Below, one piece after another: positions 18,896 through 20,000 of a stretch of DNA of 20,000 bases; positions within the stretch are counted from its first letter, which is position 1, and each line of letters begins with the position of its first letter. The notes under the pieces were generated by a model. The model saw only the letters and a list, made by a program, of their open reading frames with translations. It did no database searches and was not told the DNA's origin. The translations under genes and the position numbers were made by a program. The stretch is taken from NCBI RefSeq assembly GCF_004010195.1, contig NC_057720.1, positions 20,628,166-20,648,165 of the forward strand. The letters are read 5' to 3'. The stretch comes from Chiloscyllium plagiosum (taxonomy: Eukaryota).

Positions 18896-19239
18896 CCAGA
18901 ATCTGGTTTCCAGCATCTGCAGTCATTGTTTTTACCTCGTTGATTTTAACCCTACTGCGAATCCTCTTGCAAGGATGCCTGCCTTGAAGAAGTTTTCCTC
19001 CTCTCTCTACAAGAATCTCAGGGAGTCTCTCTCTCATTGCAACTCCCAAGTCATTTCCTCAGCCCTGAAGACTCTATGCCACTCTCTCCCACCCCCACCC
19101 TCCTCTAGCTTATCTCTCCATGCTTCAGGCTCTCTGCCTTTATTCCTGATGAAGGGCTTTTGCCCGAAACGTCGATTTTGCCGGTCCTCGGATGCTGCCT
19201 GAATTGCTGTCCTCTTCCAGCACCACTCATCCAGAATCT
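18896..19239 (+). mobile_element. Internally deleted, circularly permuted Penelope-like element (family P1)
   Basis: 18896-18936 matches the reverse complement of 8338-8378 and ~19075-19239 matches the reverse complement of 8370-8535, but in swapped order. CCAGAATCT lies at both ends. Confidence 0.82.
19143..19176 (+). ncRNA. Minimal type I hammerhead ribozyme motif (P1)
   Basis: CTGATGA 19146-19152, A, GGGC-TTTT-GCCC 19154-19165, GAAA 19166-19169, CGTC. GUC triplet with predicted cut after 19173. Core identical to the 8436-8463(-) copy. Confidence 0.8.
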
Positions 19240-19668
19240 CTAGCAGTGCGGCAATCAGAAAAACACAAGGCATTTAATATGATCATGTGATCCTGGACTT
19301 CAATTGCCTGCTCCTGTATCCCATGGTTCCCTGAGAAACCAAACATTTGACTAACCCAGCCTCAAATATCCGCAACTGGGGTCGAGAGTACCAAACATTC
19401 GGAGCGCTTTGGGCCAGTGAGTCAGTCCTGACTGTCATGTCAGTCCTTATCCTGATGCTGATTTTCCAGCCAACCGAAACAATTCCTCAGCATCTACCTT
19501 GTCATGACCTTGTATGCTTCAATAAGACCACCCTCAGTATTGCATTGAATTATCACCCAGATTATCTTCTCCGGTCGGCGGAGTGAAATTTGGCGTCATG
19601 GTTTTCAGACTGAATGATGACACGACGTTGCTGAGCTATGACTGAGACTGTAATATGAGGAAAGATGA

Positions 19669-19876
19669 GAGTGATGCAATGGTATTATCACTAACCTAGT
19701 AATCCAGACTAACGTTCTGTGACATGGTTTGAACTTCACCCTGGCAGATATGAAGTATGAATTCAATAGAAAGCTGACTTAAAATAGTGACCATATGACT
19801 GCGGTTTGTCATAAAGACTCCAGCTGGTTCATTAATGTCCTTTAAGGAGGGAAATCTGCCATCCTTACCTGGTCTG
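19669..19876 (+). mobile_element. tRNA-derived SINE family B, interrupted at its 3' side
   Basis: GTGATGCAATGGTATTATCACT...CTGGTTCATTAATGTCCTTTAAGGAGGGAAATCTGCCATCCTTACCTGGTCTG matches 11966-12195. Confidence 0.82.
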
Positions 19877-20000
19877 AGACAAAAATAGTTCAGATGCTGC
19901 ATCCAAAGTAGACAAACAGGAGGCTGGAAGAACACAACAGGCCAGGCAGCATCAGGAGGGACAGGCAGGAGGCTGGAAGAACACAGCAAGCCAGGCAGCA
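19877..20000 (-). mobile_element. Penelope-like terminal-repeat fragment with 49-nt tandem duplication, running off the window
   Basis: CAGATGCTG...GCTGGAAGAACACAGCAAGCCAGGCAGCA resembles 8356-8420. Unit 19911-19959 is repeated from 19960. Confidence 0.7.

Noticed and set aside
13795..20000. Next SLC44A exon, expected to start NAY...AI....FC.SAKDAF
   Set aside because: No acceptor followed by AAYGCNTAY was found by eye; it probably lies beyond the window.
19911..20000. CRISPR-like repeat-spacer or other prokaryotic system
   Set aside because: Only two tandem units of a retroelement repeat in clearly vertebrate intronic DNA; no cas genes or operon structure.

Overview
Eukaryotic (vertebrate) genomic DNA, most likely a cartilaginous fish (shark), judging from the HE1/V-SINE-type and DeuSINE-type SINEs, CR1 LINE fragments and Penelope-like elements; the species assignment is an inference. 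The window lies inside a choline transporter-like gene (SLC44A family, best read as SLC44A3) on the + strand. Three phase-compatible GT-AG coding exons are present (3381-3546, 6939-7095, 13711-13794); the rest is intron with two assembly gaps (1190-1388, 8619-9235). The most notable signal is a set of minimal type I hammerhead ribozyme motifs (CUGANGA-A-stem II-GAAA-palindromic stem III) carried by three families of Penelope-type elements. One sits in a 5'-truncated RT-bearing copy. One sits in a circularly permuted, internally deleted copy bounded by a 9-nt direct repeat. Two sit in hairpin-shaped elements that share an unexplained 55-nt leader. Several motifs are sense to the host pre-mRNA. 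Almost all ORFs in the supplied track are spurious.
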